A DNA stretch of 64,000 nucleotides from Paraspadella gotoi (lineage: Eukaryota; Animalia; Chaetognatha): the NCBI GenBank assembly GCA_051294375.1, contig CM119263.1, positions 454,019 to 518,018 of the forward strand, in the 5' to 3' direction. Below, piece by piece: positions 62,901 through 64,000 of the stretch. The first letter of the stretch is position 1; each line of letters begins with the position of its first letter. The notes beneath the pieces are model-generated. The model ran no database searches. It was not told the origin of the DNA and was given only the letters and a program-made list of their open reading frames with translations. Both the position numbers and the translations under genes were made by a program.

Positions 62901-64000
62901 GAGGTCGGTCCCCGCCGCTAATCTGGGATCCCATCAGCAGCAAGCCCATCACTCCATTTTCCAACAGCCCCATCATTTAGCGGCGGCACCTCCGGGGGGT
63001 TCGCCCCTTCACGCCCAGCAGCAGAGACACGACGCCGTGGCGGCGGCGGCGGCGGCGGCGGCGCACGCGGCGGTGGCGATGGTCGTTCCTCCAAGTACGA
63101 GACAATCACACGCGTTACCGACGGCGTTTCAAGACATACATCATTTGCAAGCAGTGGTAAGCAATCGTAAAAAAATGTTTCACTGATCGTTGTATTAATT
63201 GATTGACCGAATGTTTGATTGATCAATTATATCAATTTCATTGAACATTCTTCATAATATTAACAGACATGCAATACGAACAACATACGCCTGCATCGAA
63301 GCGGTCACGCCTTAAGCGGTGCTCTCGGCAGCCAGACCAACCACGGAAATCACGTGGCCGGAGCCACTGGTCTTCCCAGTCACAATCATCCTCACCATCA
63401 ACCTCGGGGGCAGCAGCATCAACATCTCAGAAGGTAAGTTGTTCGATTCCTTCTTCGGAGGGAAATTAATCACGATACGGGAAAAGAGGATTACGTGGCG
63501 AAATGTTAACTAAACTAATGACAAAATGAGAAATAAAATAATGACGAAATGACAAAACGAGAAATAAACTAATGACGGAATGACAAATAAACTAATGACG
63601 AAATGACAAATAAACTAATGACGAAATGACAAATAAACTAATGACACAATGAGAAATAAACTAATGACAAAATGAGAAATAAACTAATTATGAAGTGACT
63701 AATAAACTAATGACAAAATGTCAAATAAACTAATGACAAAATGTCAAATAAACTAATAACAAAATGAGAAATAAACTAATGACGAAATGAGAAATAAACT
63801 AATCACGAAATGTCAAATAAACTAATGACGAAATAACAAATAAACAAATGACGAAATCACGGCCCCGAAAATGTTTGAAGGTTAATTTTTAAACCTCCAC
63901 TTCTTTATCCTCCAGACATAGATGGCGCCACATTCCCGGCGTTGCCGCAGCCGCCACAGCCTCCTTGGGCCAGGCTGCCGTTGCTGCTGCTGCCGTGGCC
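58227..64000 (+). CDS. Large low-complexity (Ala/Gln/His/Pro/Asn-rich) protein, 5' part only; possibly the N-terminus of an RNF38/RNF44-like RING ligase
   Basis: Seven exons splice in frame: 58227-58884, 59254-59670, 60168-60328, 60634-61019, 61566-63156, 63267-63433, 63916-64000. NLS-like RPAKRARK. No folded domain seen in the window, so the family guess is weak. Confidence 0.65.
59884..59970. repeat. (CT)n microsatellite
   Basis: Perfect CT dinucleotide run in an intron. Confidence 0.95.
61217..61520. mobile_element. Hairpin MITE (~300 bp) with long imperfect terminal inverted repeats, TA-flanked
   Basis: Left arm catcaacgtaatggaccta..gacttggttggccttgtgatgttatt..aaatcatcagac matches the reverse complement of the right arm. 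TA at 61215-61216 and 61521-61522. Confidence 0.78.
63511..63856. repeat. 23-bp minisatellite (AAATAAACTAATGAC(G/A)AAATG(A/T)(C/G)), about 14-15 units, intronic
   Basis: Tandem copies with period 23, e.g. aaataa at 63585 and 63608. Confidence 0.9.

Noticed and set aside
61666-62976. Minus-strand ORFs up to 316 aa
   Set aside because: Antisense shadows of the GC-rich + strand exon, whose frame is supported by in-phase splice junctions.
63511-63856. Regular repeat array resembling CRISPR
   Set aside because: Contiguous 23-bp tandem units with no unique spacers, inside a eukaryotic intron, and no cas genes.

Overview
Eukaryotic, gene-dense window from an invertebrate animal, with short AT-rich spliceosomal introns. 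The LRRK is most like protostome Lrrk, and the MEK5 orthologue argues against a fly. Positions 1.7-46.3 kb hold eight co-oriented + strand genes with short spacers: ABCC/MRP1-like transporter copy 1, a frameshifted ABHD10-like hydrolase, a C2H2 zinc-finger gene, a GLT8D-like glycosyltransferase, MAP2K5 (MEK5), LRRK, a C7orf25/UPF0415 homologue and ABCC copy 2. A PNRC homologue (- strand) and a long low-complexity + strand gene running off the window follow, divergent from a CCAAT/CRE-rich candidate promoter. The most notable non-coding signals are: two minimal type-I hammerhead ribozyme motifs of the Penelope-like-element kind in introns; a highly structured ~250-nt repeat with 7-bp target-site duplications and preserved stems; a 324-bp repeat with one fixed end and a tandem 1.2-mer; two Helentron/DINE-1-like non-autonomous elements; and a TA-flanked hairpin MITE. 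Exon boundaries were inferred by eye from splice consensus and frame continuity. Homology calls come from recalled motifs, not database searches.
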